Shown: one piece after another, positions 1-11,894 of the stretch
How positions within the stretch are numbered: the first letter of the stretch is position 1
How the letters are laid out: the number at the start of each line of letters is the position of its first letter
Assembly (NCBI GenBank): GCA_039931865.1
Contig: JBDTRB010000003.1
Coordinates: 5,364 to 69,363, forward strand
Source of the DNA: Acidobacteriota bacterium
GTDB lineage: Bacteria > Acidobacteriota > Thermoanaerobaculia > UBA5066 > Gp7-AA6
DNA: 64,000 bases
Reading direction: 5' to 3'
The notes under the pieces: model-generated
Told to the model about the DNA's origin: nothing
The model's database searches: none
What the model saw: the letters and a program-made list of their open reading frames with translations, nothing else
Translations under genes and position numbers: made by a program

Positions 1-1
1 G

Positions 2-904
2 CTTCCCGAGGTTTCGCCGGCGACCCTCGAACAGGACCTCGGCAGGCGCGACTTCACCATCAACGCGATGGCGATCGAGCTCGAAGAAGGACGCGGCGGG
101 AGGCTTCACGATCCGTTCGGCGGCGCCGCGGACCTCGACCGCCGCCTTCTGCGCGTGCTCCACGACCGCTCGTTCGAAGACGATCCAACGCGTGCCCTGA
201 GGGCCGTTCGATACGCCGCGCGCCTGAACCTGCGCCTCGAGACGCGGACTCGCCGTTCGCTCGACGCTTGCGTGTCCGGCGGCGCCCTGGAGACGGTGTC
301 GGCCGACCGGCTCCGGCGCGAGCTTGCGCGGACGCTTTCGGAGCGCCGCTTTGCCGAAGCGATCCGTCTCTTCGACTCGCTCGGCATCGGCAGGGCCCTC
401 CATCCCGGGTGGCGATTGACACCTGCGCTGCGGGCGGCGCTCGGGCGCGCGGAACGCCTCGCGCGGCGGGCGCGCCCGGGAGAGCCGACGTGGCTGCTGC
501 CGCTCTTGGTCTGGACGGGAGAGCTTTCCGAGCCGGCGTGCCGCGAGCTGGCTCTCCGCCTCGGGCTGCCGGCTTATGCGCGGCGCGAGCTCGAGAGGTG
601 GCCGGCGACCCGCCACGATCGGCTCGCGGCCTCCGGCCGGGCCGCGCCGCTTTCCTGCGACGAGCGCCTCGCCGCGGCGGCTCTCCTCCCGGCAACCGGA
701 GAAGGGAGGCAGCGGAAGCGGCGTCTCCTCTCCCCGGTCGCGCTGTCGATTCGCGGCGCGGACCTGCTTCGCGCGGGGATTCCTCCCGGCCCGCGAGTGG
801 GGCGCGCGCTCGCCGAGACCCGGGAAGCGCTCGGCAGGGGGACCATCGCTCCGGACGAGGAGCTCGAGTTCGCTCTCGAGGCCGCGCGGCGAGGCGGAGA
901 ATGA
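2..904 (+). CDS. tRNA nucleotidyltransferase (CCA-adding) / poly(A) polymerase family protein, N-terminus cut by window edge
   Basis: The frame of ORF 68..904 stays open back to nt 2. Nt 2-79 translate to LPEVSPATLEQDLGRRDFTINAMAIEL, which carries the RRDFTINA head-domain motif of this family; DPTRALRAVRYAARL follows. The stop overlaps the next ATG (ATGA at 901-904). Confidence 0.8.
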   Translation, partial: LPEVSPATLEQDLGRRDFTINAMAIELEEGRGGRLHDPFGGAADLDRRLLRVLHDRSFEDDPTRALRAVRYAARLNLRLETRTRRSLDACVSGGALETVSADRLRRELARTLSERRFAEAIRLFDSLGIGRALHPGWRLTPALRAALGRAERLARRARPGEPTWLLPLLVWTGELSEPACRELALRLGLPAYARRELERWPATRHDRLAASGRAAPLSCDERLAAAALLPATGEGRQRKRRLLSPVALSIRGADLLRAGIPPGPRVGRALAETREALGRGTIAPDEELEFALEAARRGGE

Positions 905-1620
905 GTGTCCTGTGCGCTGCCATCCTCCTCTGGGCGGCTGCGGCGCGCGGAGCGGCCGCCGGCGCCGGCCCCGGCCGCGCTGGAGCCTCGCAGGCCGTCG
1001 AAGGCGAGGGCCCTCCGAAAGCGTCTTCCACGGCATCGGCGCCCCGCACATCCACCGAACCGACGTTTTGCTCGGAGTGGGTGCGGCAGTCACGTCAGGG
1101 TTACGAGCGCCTGACGCTTTTCCGCGACCGTTCCCTCGTGTGGAAGCGCAGCCGGGACGGGAGAGACGAGATCTCCCGAAAGCAGATCGCCGCCGAGGAG
1201 CTCACGTACTACTGCGACTACTTTTCCAGGCCGGAGGTCTGGTCGGTCGCCGCCGACCAGCGTTCCGGCCTGACGGGGGAGTTCGCCGTGCAGTCCGTCG
1301 TGACCCTGGTGCGCGCCGACGGAGCCCGCCGCACGATCCGGTTCGACGAATTCTCCCCGCTCTCGCCGGAGGCCGCGTCGCTGAAGGCCGCGCTCGAGGG
1401 CCTGAAGGGCGTTCTGACGGACCCGCTGGCCCCCGCCTCCCGGTTCGCCCCCGACCTCCTGGCATCCGGGCAGCTCCTGAAGCGGTTCGATGGAGCCGTG
1501 TTTCGCATCCGCACGATCGACAGGGAGAAGGGGATCGTCGAGCTCGAAGGAGTCAACGAGCCCTACCGGCAGTTCCGCAAGATCGACGAGCTGCGATTCC
1601 AGTTTTCGCCTCCCGAATGA
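901..1620 (+). CDS. hypothetical exported protein
   Basis: The ATG at 901 sits in an ATGA overlap with the upstream stop. The N-terminus [20 protein letters not shown] is signal-peptide-like. The C-terminal ~170 aa have ordinary, non-repetitive composition ([14 protein letters not shown]...). No family recognised. Confidence 0.6.
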   Translation: MSVLCAAILLWAAAARGAAAGAGPGRAGASQAVEGEGPPKASSTASAPRTSTEPTFCSEWVRQSRQGYERLTLFRDRSLVWKRSRDGRDEISRKQIAAEELTYYCDYFSRPEVWSVAADQRSGLTGEFAVQSVVTLVRADGARRTIRFDEFSPLSPEAASLKAALEGLKGVLTDPLAPASRFAPDLLASGQLLKRFDGAVFRIRTIDREKGIVELEGVNEPYRQFRKIDELRFQFSPPE

Positions 1621-2195
1621 GGGACGCGGGCTCGGGCGCGGTGCGGATCGCCGCCGGCCGCTGGAAAGGCCGCCGCCTCGAGGTGCCGGCTGGCGCCCGC
1701 CCGACCTCCGGCCGGGCGCGGGAGGCGCTGTTCGACATTCTGGGCGGCCGCATCCCGGGGTCGAGGTTCCTGGATCTTCACGCGGGAAGCGGCGCCGTCG
1801 GGATCGAGGCCGTCTCCCGGGGCGCTCTCCGCGCGGTCCTCGCCGAGAAGGAGGCCGGCGTGCTCGCGCGCAACGTCGAACGGCTCGGGAACCCGCCGGA
1901 GATATTGGTCGTCGAGGCGGACGCGAACGAGGCGGTCCGGCGGCTCGACCGAGCGGGGGAGCGATTCGAAATCATTTTTTCCGATCCCCCGTACGGCGCC
2001 GGGGAGTTGCCGCCTCCGAACCTCGCCCCTCTGGCCGCGGAAGGCGCCTTTCTCGTCCTTCAAAGGGATTCGGCGGGCGCGGCCGCGGAAGTGGCTGGTT
2101 TTGTGCACTTTCGGGAGCGAGCGTACGGAAGAAACGTGTTCGATTTTTATACGAGGGCGCCAACGGAGAATTCGCGGGGTCCGGCAAGGTCCTGA
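1617..2195 (+). CDS. rsmD: 16S rRNA (guanine966-N2)-methyltransferase RsmD
   Basis: ATGA overlap at 1617-1620. Carries GRWKGRRL..P...[34 protein letters not shown] and the SDPPY catalytic motif typical of RsmD. Confidence 0.85.
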   Translation: MRDAGSGAVRIAAGRWKGRRLEVPAGARPTSGRAREALFDILGGRIPGSRFLDLHAGSGAVGIEAVSRGALRAVLAEKEAGVLARNVERLGNPPEILVVEADANEAVRRLDRAGERFEIIFSDPPYGAGELPPPNLAPLAAEGAFLVLQRDSAGAAAEVAGFVHFRERAYGRNVFDFYTRAPTENSRGPARS

Positions 2196-2299
2196 TTTCC
2201 GGCAACCGTCCCTGGCAGAGAGACTTGCCTGCCCCCGGCTCGGATGCTAACCTGCCCGTTTCCTGGCGAACCCCGCCGCAAATTCTCGAAGGAGAGACG

Positions 2300-4821
<2,522 letters not shown>

Positions 4822-4879
4822 GGGCCGGCGTTTTATTCGACGGCCTGCGCGCCCTGCTTCACGGAGCTCCTGGAAGACC

Positions 4880-6487
4880 ATGGTGAGGGGCGCGCGCGCC
4901 ACGCTGATCGTCGGAATCCTGCTCGCCGCGGCGCTCGCGGCGGCGCAGGAGCCGGCTGCGGAAGAATTCTCCGCTCCCCGCATCGGCGAGATCCGCGTTC
5001 GCGCGCTCGACGTCTATTCGCCCGAGGAAGCGGCCCGGGGCTGGCTCTACCGCACCGCCAACGCCGTCCGGTTTCAAACCGCGGAAGCGGTGATCCGCAA
5101 GTTCCTCCTGTTTCGCGAGGGAGACGCGCTCGATCCCGCCAGACTGGCGGAGACGGAGCGCAACCTGCGCGCGCTTCCTTTCCTGAAGGCGGCTTCCGTT
5201 CGCGCGCTTGCGTCCCACGACGGCGTGGCCGACGTCGAGGTCGTCACCCAGGATTCGTGGACGACCCAGCCCGGTCTGTCGCTCGGTGGAAAGGGCGGCG
5301 CGACGACCTACGGATTCGATCTGCAGGAGAAAGACTTTCTCGGGACGGGCCGTCAGATCGCGCTCGGCTACGACAAGGGAACGGAGCGCACGAACCGCGT
5401 CATCGAATATACCGACCCGTACCTTTTCGGCGCCTACTGGAAAGGCGATTTTGCCTACTCCTCGAACTCGGACGGCACGGAGAGCCGCGTCTTCGTGGGC
5501 CGGCCGTTCGTTTCGTTCATTGATCGCTGGGCGGCGGACGGGCTCTTCGACCGGCTGACCTTGAACGCGCGGATCTTCGCGGACGGAGAGACTCTCTCGC
5601 GATACCGGCAGCGCCACCAGGAAGTGATGGCGCACTACGGGATCGCGCTCGAGGCCGGCGACGCGAGAGCGCGCCGCCTGGTCTTCGGTTTCCACGGCTA
5701 CGACGACCGCTTCGACCTGCTGAAGACGAGCCCCTCGGGCTTGCTCCCGGCGGACCGCCGCTTTCGTTTCTTGACCGTCGGATACGAGGACGTCCGAAAC
5801 GCGTATCTGAAGTTGAACTACATCAACCGGGACGTCCGATACGAAGACTTCAACCTGGGCCGGCGGATAGGAGCCGAGATCGGCCTCTCTCCTTCGGGCT
5901 TCGGAGGCGCGAATACGACCGGCGTGCTGCGGCTCGAACTCGCCCAGGGTTGGCGCGTCTCGGATGAGAGTTTTCTGACCGCGCGGCTGGCCTATGAGAC
6001 GCGGTGGGACGGCGCGCCTGCCAACGAGATCGTCTCCGGCAGCGTCTTTTTCGCGCACAAGTTCCGTGGCGCGCCGCTCGAGACCTTCGTCTCGCGGCTC
6101 GTCGTCGACCGCGGGTGGAATCTGGACCGGGACGTGCAGTTCTTCGCCGACGGGCAGAACGGTCTCCGTGGGTACCGGCTCTACGCGTTCGAAGGCGACA
6201 AGCGCATCGTCTGGAACGCGGAACAGCGATTCTTCGTCGGCCGCGAGTTCCTGCAGCTCTTTTCTCCCGGAGCCGCGATCTTCTTCGACACCGGGGCGGC
6301 GACGCCGCCCGGTCAGCCGCTGCGCCTCGGCGATTTCAAGAGCGACGTCGGGGTGGGCCTGCGCATCGCGATCACGCGGGCCGCGACGAACAGCGTTCTG
6401 CGTTTCGACCTGGCCTACGCTTTGAACCCCGACCCGCGGGGACGGCGCGGATTTCTGGTTTCGTTTTCCAGCGGACAGGTGTTCTGA
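4880..6487 (+). CDS. Omp85-family outer-membrane beta-barrel protein (single POTRA-like N-domain plus surface-antigen barrel)
   Basis: Signal peptide MVRGARATLIVGILLAAALAAAQE. A POTRA-like segment (IGEIRVRALDVYSPEE...FREGDALDP..L.ETERNLRALPF) is followed by alternating beta-strand pattern. Ends in the terminal aromatic ...FSSGQVF. Confidence 0.7.
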   Translation: MVRGARATLIVGILLAAALAAAQEPAAEEFSAPRIGEIRVRALDVYSPEEAARGWLYRTANAVRFQTAEAVIRKFLLFREGDALDPARLAETERNLRALPFLKAASVRALASHDGVADVEVVTQDSWTTQPGLSLGGKGGATTYGFDLQEKDFLGTGRQIALGYDKGTERTNRVIEYTDPYLFGAYWKGDFAYSSNSDGTESRVFVGRPFVSFIDRWAADGLFDRLTLNARIFADGETLSRYRQRHQEVMAHYGIALEAGDARARRLVFGFHGYDDRFDLLKTSPSGLLPADRRFRFLTVGYEDVRNAYLKLNYINRDVRYEDFNLGRRIGAEIGLSPSGFGGANTTGVLRLELAQGWRVSDESFLTARLAYETRWDGAPANEIVSGSVFFAHKFRGAPLETFVSRLVVDRGWNLDRDVQFFADGQNGLRGYRLYAFEGDKRIVWNAEQRFFVGREFLQLFSPGAAIFFDTGAATPPGQPLRLGDFKSDVGVGLRIAITRAATNSVLRFDLAYALNPDPRGRRGFLVSFSSGQVF

Positions 6488-6527
6488 GAGGAGCGGGCGA
6501 GGGTCCACGGGAGTGGAGTCGGGCGTT

Positions 6528-6555
6528 CATTGCGCATTGCGCATTGCGGATTGCG
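6528..6555. repeat. heptamer tandem array (CATTGCG)x3 + GATTGCG
   Basis: Read directly: cattgcg cattgcg cattgcg gattgcg. Lies in the 93-nt spacer between convergent stops at 6487 and 6581. Confidence 0.95.
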
Positions 6556-6580
6556 CCGTCCGCCGTTTTCTCTGAGCGGA

Positions 6581-8872
6581 TCAGGTTCTCAAGCGCAACA
6601 TCAGCCAGGCTGCCGCCGTCGCGGCGAGGACGTTCGGGGACCACGCTGCGAGCACGGCCGGGAGGGCACCGACCTCTCCCACCTTCGTGAAGAACGCGCC
6701 CGCGATCAGGAACGCCATTCCGAGCGCGAGGCCGACCCCGATCCCGGCAAGTGTTCCCTTTTTCCCGATCCGGAAAGCGAACGGTACAGCGAGAAGCGCC
6801 ATCAGGGGAATGAGCAGGGGAGTCGCGAGCTTCGCCTGCAGCGCGGTGTCGAGCACGCCGGTCGGATAGCCGCTGGTCTTCAGCCGCCGGGCATAGCGCT
6901 GCAGCTCGCGAAACCGCATCTCATCGGCCCCGCGGCGCGCGCGTGTGAAGGAGGTCGGCGGGTCGCCCGCGATGCGCTCCTCGAGATACGTGCGGTAGGA
7001 GGCCTCCGATGCGCTGCCGAACGCGCGGCTCCACCCCTGGCGCAGGACCCACGAATGGCCGTCCCACGCCGCTTCCCTCGCGACGTCCCGGCGGATCACC
7101 TCGAACGCGTCGGAGAACTGGAACACGCTCGGGGAGATGAGGATGCCTTTTTCGGGATCGCTCGCCTCCTGGTGCCAGATCGACCGTCCCGGGCCGTAGT
7201 GCCACCGCCTTTCCGTGGGGGTCGAGAGCCCGTAATCCACGGGCCTCCCGTAGATGATGTTCTTGTACTGCGCCTGTTCGCGCTGAGCCTCAGGGAGGAC
7301 GTACTCGCCGGCCGCAAACGCCAGCCCGGCAGCCAGGAAGGAGACGACGACGATCGGCGCCCCGAGGCGGTGGAGTGACACGCCGTTGGCTCGGAACGCG
7401 GTGTCCTCGTTGTTCCGGGAAAGGATGCCGAGCGCGATGAGCGTCGACAGGAGGATGGCGAACGGGGCGATCTGCAGCGAGATCGTCAGCAGAAAGTTGC
7501 GGTAATACCCGAGGACGACCTCGGCGCTCGGTCGGTTCCTGGCGATCTTGTCGATGTGCTCGGCGTAATCGACAATGACGGCGAGCAGGAGAACCGAAGC
7601 CGCAACGAGGAAGAACACGGAAAGAAAGCGGGCGAGCACGTAGCGGTCGAGAAGAGTGGGGAAGCGGAGGAGACCCGAGAACACCGACCGTGGCGCCGTT
7701 TCGACCCGCCCGGCGGGACCCGCCTTCTCTTCGAGAGACCGTTTCCGCCAGGGAAACCGCCACCGCCCCCTGTCCCGGCCGCCGCGGATCATCGCCGCCG
7801 CGCCCAGACCGAGGAGTACGACGTTGGGCAGCCAGATGGCGAGCCCCGGAGCGAGACGCCCCTCTTGAGCCCACGTCTCTCCGCTCGACAGCAAAACGTA
7901 ATAAAGGACGATGATCGCGAGCGACATCGCGAAGCCGCTTCCTTTGCCGCCACGCCGGGACGTTTCGGCGAGCGGGATGCCCACGATCGCGAAGGCGATA
8001 CAGGCGAACGGGATCGACAGCTTCTTGTGAATCTCCACCCAGGCGAGTCGGTATTGTTCGGGCGGGAGGCGCGGGCTCTTTCGGACGGTGGCCAGGAGCT
8101 CCGAGAGGGACTGCGACCGCAGCGCCTTGTCGAAGGAGACGCGCGTCGAGGCGGGATTCCCAACGTCTCCTGCGAGCAGAATCCGCTGCGTCTCGTTTCG
8201 GTTGGTGCGGTAACGGGATGGGTCCGCGGGGTTGAAATCGTGGAGGGTCGAGGACACGAGGTCGAGCCAGAGGTGGTCGCCTTCCAGGTTCAGTGTGCCG
8301 CGGCGAGCGACGATGACCTGCGATTTTTCCTCTTCGCCGACCTGGAGGAAAACCCCTTCGAGGGACCGGCCATCCGCCGCCGAGCGGTCGAAGAACAGGG
8401 TCAACCCGGGACGGACTTCGCGGAACGTCCTCGGCTGGACCACGTTGACGACCGACGTCGCGGCGACCCTCGCGAGGCTCCGTGTCAGGGTGTCGTTGGC
8501 CTGCGGCAGGACGAGGTTGTAGCAGACGAACACGACCCCGGCCAGGAAGAGCGCCGCCCAGAGCGCGGGGCGCGCGATGGCCGCCGGACCCACACCACAG
8601 GCCCGCAGGGCGACGACCTCGGAGTCCGCGGAGAGCCGTCCGATCCCGATCAGTACACCCAGAAGGAACGCCATCGGGAGCGTCAGAACGATGATCCAGG
8701 GCAGGGACAGCACGACGAGCCAGACGACCTCGCCCAGGGTGGCGCTCCGCCGCACAAAGAAGTCCGCGAGGAAGTAGATCGTCCGGACGAGAAGGATGAA
8801 CGTGTAGGCCGAAAAGCCGAGGAGAAAGGGGGGCCAGATCTCGCGAAGCACCGACCGAGAGATGAGGCGCAT
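6581..8872 (-). CDS. fused LptF-LptG-like LPS export permease (two YjgP/YjgQ modules in one ORF)
   Basis: One uninterrupted 763-aa polytopic ORF. The first module starts MRLISRSVLREIWPPFLLGFSAYTFILLV. The second starts ...LLDRYVLARFLSVFFLVAASVLLLAVIVDYAEHID. Each module has an N-terminal TM cluster, a long soluble loop and C-terminal TMs, as in LptF/LptG. Confidence 0.8.
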   Translation of the reverse strand: MRLISRSVLREIWPPFLLGFSAYTFILLVRTIYFLADFFVRRSATLGEVVWLVVLSLPWIIVLTLPMAFLLGVLIGIGRLSADSEVVALRACGVGPAAIARPALWAALFLAGVVFVCYNLVLPQANDTLTRSLARVAATSVVNVVQPRTFREVRPGLTLFFDRSAADGRSLEGVFLQVGEEEKSQVIVARRGTLNLEGDHLWLDLVSSTLHDFNPADPSRYRTNRNETQRILLAGDVGNPASTRVSFDKALRSQSLSELLATVRKSPRLPPEQYRLAWVEIHKKLSIPFACIAFAIVGIPLAETSRRGGKGSGFAMSLAIIVLYYVLLSSGETWAQEGRLAPGLAIWLPNVVLLGLGAAAMIRGGRDRGRWRFPWRKRSLEEKAGPAGRVETAPRSVFSGLLRFPTLLDRYVLARFLSVFFLVAASVLLLAVIVDYAEHIDKIARNRPSAEVVLGYYRNFLLTISLQIAPFAILLSTLIALGILSRNNEDTAFRANGVSLHRLGAPIVVVSFLAAGLAFAAGEYVLPEAQREQAQYKNIIYGRPVDYGLSTPTERRWHYGPGRSIWHQEASDPEKGILISPSVFQFSDAFEVIRRDVAREAAWDGHSWVLRQGWSRAFGSASEASYRTYLEERIAGDPPTSFTRARRGADEMRFRELQRYARRLKTSGYPTGVLDTALQAKLATPLLIPLMALLAVPFAFRIGKKGTLAGIGVGLALGMAFLIAGAFFTKVGEVGALPAVLAAWSPNVLAATAAAWLMLRLRT

Positions 8873-10208
8873 CGACTGATCAAGGTATCAGGTTGCCGGG
8901 AGACGGGCCGGGGAAGCTCAGACCTCGAAAGGCGCCTCCGGAAGGTCAAGCAGCCGATCGATCCGGTATACCGCTTCGCCGTGATGCGACGGCCGGATGT
9001 CATCCGGTGCGGACCCGCTGACGCGTCTTCGAGATTGACGACGGCGATCCCCGCCCACGTCCCGACAACCTCGCTTCAAATCCGCTGCGCATCGCGGCGC
9101 AGGACGCCGTCGACGGTCACTCGCGCGAGCCGCCCCCCGCAAGAGCTTTCGACCGACGGCGACAGCCACCGCGGCCTTGAATAAACCGTTTCCGGAGGCA
9201 CGCCAGCTGTCTACGTGCCGCAGCTCGAAGCCGCGATCTTCTGCCCGCTCGCGGAAGTGAGAGCGTTATCGCGAACCGGCCACTTGCGGAGACGCCGGTC
9301 TTCGCTCGAGTCCCGTTGTCCCGGACCCGGATCCGCACGTTCCGAGCCCGGGCGCCGGTCCGGAGCCCCGGCGGCGCCCCGTCAGTAAGCGGGTCGGCGG
9401 CAGCGCCCTGCGGGCTCGTAGCGGCGACTTTACATAATGTATCTTATCGGACTCTGCAATCCGGCCTTCGGGATTCCATGATTAGGCGGCGTCAAGAGCG
9501 CCTGCTCGCCTGGCGCAACTCGCCGAACGCTCCCGAATCCTCCCTTACCTGCATGGTCCATGTAAATGGGTCCTCGTGGCTCGCTCGTCTCCCTCGCAGT
9601 CGACGGCTGCGGACCTCGATCGTTCGCGCGGGCGTTCGCGCCGAGACCGTGGCGTTCAGGCCCTCTTGAAGAGAATCCGCGCAGGCTCAAGCTCGTGAGT
9701 CTACGGTCGCGACGCGCCGGTCCGGGTGGCGGCGTTTGGTTCCAGGGACGTCCCTTCAAAGATCGGCCATGCCTTCGTCGCCAAATCGATATCTCCGACC
9801 CTCCAACGACTGTTGATACCCGTTCACCATGTCTCCGAACGCCCTGTCCACCATCTCTCCGGTCTATATACTCCCCCGATCGCGGGAGGAGAAGCCGTGG
9901 AAGACCCTGAAGGAAGCTGCTCTGGCCCCTCGACTCGCTGATAGAAAGGGAGAGGGCGTGAGGGGCCAGGATGAGCCGTCACTCCACCCTCTCCCAGGTC
10001 TCGGGGAGACATAGAGGCGGACCGATGATCGCCTTCGCCATTTCGCAGAGTCCACGCGCCGTGCGGTCACCGTAACGTGCGGTCGCCGTCGAGGTCTGCC
10101 TGCTTCCGCGACTTCACGGGGGCGCGCTTCCGCGGGTTGAATCGCCGCGTTCATCGGACCCTCTGATCCGCGATAGCCCCGAGCGTCGGCGGCCACTCCG
10201 ATTCCGCT

Positions 10209-11060
10209 CTAAGGCTTCGGCTCCTCGAGGTCGATTTCGCCGCTCTCGAGTTGGTCGATAATTCCGCGGAGCGTCTCGATCAGTTCTCTCTTTTCCACTT
10301 TCGCTTTCTGAAAAGACAGATTGAGCTTGAACGGCGCGCCTTCGGGTTTGTACACGAACGAAAATCTTGGCGCTCTCTCCTGCGGAGGCGTGCCTTCTTT
10401 TTTCTGCGCGCGCAGATCATCGCGGGTCGAACCCGACGCGACGGCTTCGATTGCGTCGCGCATTTTTTCTGGATCATCGAGACGGGCGATCTGAAGAAGA
10501 ACGGATCGTGCGGTGATGTCGGCGCGCCGACATTCGTCGCGAAGATCTTCGGGGATCGAGAGGAGCGTCATCGCTTCGGTCACCGACACTCGCGACTTAC
10601 CGACGGAGTCCGCGATCTGCTGCTGCGTGTATCCATGACGCGCCGCGAGCGACGAGTATCCCTCCGCTTCTTCGAACGCGTGAAGGTCGCGGCGGTGAAG
10701 GTTCTCGATCAAAGCAATTTCGACGACTTCGTTTTCGGGAACGTCGAGCTCGATGCAAGGAACCTCGGTCAATCCTGCTTCCATTGCGGCGCGGAACCGT
10801 CTCTCCCCCGCGATGATCCGGAATCGCCCGTCGGCGATCGGTTTGACGAGCAGCGGTTCGAGCACGCCTTTCGATTCGATCGAGCGCCGCAGCTCGGTCA
10901 GATCACCGACGTTTGTGCGGGGCTGCTCCGGGTTGGTCTCGATCTCTTCCATCGAGATCCAGCGGCCGAGCGAGCCGCCGAACCGCGAGGAAAGCGATTC
11001 GACGAAATGAGAATCGTGCTGCATCCGCGCTTCCACCGGGAGTCCTCTTCGTTTAGACAC
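10209..11060 (-). CDS. parB: chromosome partitioning protein ParB/Spo0J
   Basis: Carries the ParB box IIAGERRFRAA and the HTH region QQQIADSVGKSRVSVTEAMTLLSIPEDL. Overlaps the parA stop by 8 nt. Confidence 0.92.
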   Translation of the reverse strand: MSKRRGLPVEARMQHDSHFVESLSSRFGGSLGRWISMEEIETNPEQPRTNVGDLTELRRSIESKGVLEPLLVKPIADGRFRIIAGERRFRAAMEAGLTEVPCIELDVPENEVVEIALIENLHRRDLHAFEEAEGYSSLAARHGYTQQQIADSVGKSRVSVTEAMTLLSIPEDLRDECRRADITARSVLLQIARLDDPEKMRDAIEAVASGSTRDDLRAQKKEGTPPQERAPRFSFVYKPEGAPFKLNLSFQKAKVEKRELIETLRGIIDQLESGEIDLEEPKP

Positions 11061-11808
11061 GGGACAGCACCTCCTCGGAAAGGGAGTAATACTCGGCGGC
11101 CCCGCTCGAGCGGGGCGCGAACGTGAAGATCGATTCCCTGTGCGCAGGGCTCTCCTCCAGGCGCACGCTCTTCGAGATCGTCGTCTTGAAGACCTTATCG
11201 CCGAAAACCGTCGCGATCTGTTCGTACACGTCTTTTCCGATCACGGTCCGGCGGTCGTGCAGGGTGATCACGACTCCCAGGATCCGCAGTGTGGGATTCG
11301 GGCGGGCCTTGATCTTCTCGATCGTTTCGAGGAGGTCATCCGTGCCCTCGAGAGCGAAGTACGAGGACTGGATCGGGATCAAAATGTGGGTCGACGCGAC
11401 CATCGCGTTCACCGTAATCATGCCGAGGGTGGGCGGTGTGTCGATCAGGATCGCGTCGTAGCTCCCCCTCGCGCCGTCGATTTTGTCGCGCAGCCGGAAG
11501 TGTCCGTCAATCTCGCCCAGCAGCTTCGATTCGATCTTGGCCAGCGCGATCCGCGCGGGGGCGATGTCCAGATTCGGGACCTCGGATTTGCGGATCACGT
11601 CCTGCAGCGACACCGTCGACTCCGTCAAAACGTCGAACATGGACTTCTCGACCGTTCGCCGGTCGATGTACGACATCGTGCTGTTCGCCTGCGGATCGAG
11701 GTCGATCAGGAGGGTGCGCATGCCCTTGGAGGCGAGCGCGGCGGCGAGGTTGATGGCCGTGGTGGTCTTTCCGACGCCACCCTTTTGATTCGTGATGGAG
11801 ATGATCAC
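11053..11808 (-). CDS. parA: chromosome partitioning ATPase ParA/Soj
   Basis: Deviant Walker A NQKGGVGKTTTAINLAAAL, then LLIDLDPQAN. The start is placed at GTG 11806-11808, giving MIISITNQKGG. The ORF is open to 11943, but that start would overlap the upstream gene by 49 nt and add an Arg/Gly-rich leader. The start remains uncertain because no clear SD is present. Confidence 0.85.
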   Translation of the reverse strand: MIISITNQKGGVGKTTTAINLAAALASKGMRTLLIDLDPQANSTMSYIDRRTVEKSMFDVLTESTVSLQDVIRKSEVPNLDIAPARIALAKIESKLLGEIDGHFRLRDKIDGARGSYDAILIDTPPTLGMITVNAMVASTHILIPIQSSYFALEGTDDLLETIEKIKARPNPTLRILGVVITLHDRRTVIGKDVYEQIATVFGDKVFKTTISKSVRLEESPAHRESIFTFAPRSSGAAEYYSLSEEVLSRV

Positions 11809-11894
11809 CGGAAAAGAAAGTATCAGTTCTGGGTTTGGAGTTCTCGATGTTTGTCCGCGGCCGGGCGTTTCTCGGCGAGCACCCGCCCCGTGGA

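Noticed and set aside
2196-2299. SAM-type riboswitch or sigma-54 promoter in the metK leader
   Set aside because: There are no SAM-I or SAM-II core motifs. GGCAACCGUCCCUGGCAG only loosely recalls the SAM/SAH motif and is about 70 nt from the SD. TGGCAG-N5-CTTGC (2213-2228) has GG-to-GC spacing of 12 nt instead of the required 11.
8873-10208. RNase P RNA, tmRNA, SRP RNA or 6S RNA in the ORF-free gap
   Set aside because: I could not find GAGGAAAGUCCGGGC or ACAGAACCCGGCUUA (RNase P). There is no GGUUCGA-type T-arm with a CCA end and no plausible ...LAA tag frame (tmRNA). The only SRP-like string (GAAGGAAGCUGC, about 9908-9920) lacks the GGAAGCAGCC helix-8 pattern. Only weak partial resemblances exist, so a covariance-model scan is still needed.
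8873-10208. Replication origin (oriC) next to parAB
   Set aside because: The best DnaA-box-like 9-mers match TTATCCACA at only 5-6 of 9 positions. There is no AT-rich 13-mer cluster. Flanking genes are co-oriented on the minus strand on both sides rather than diverging. No dnaA, dnaN or gid genes are nearby.
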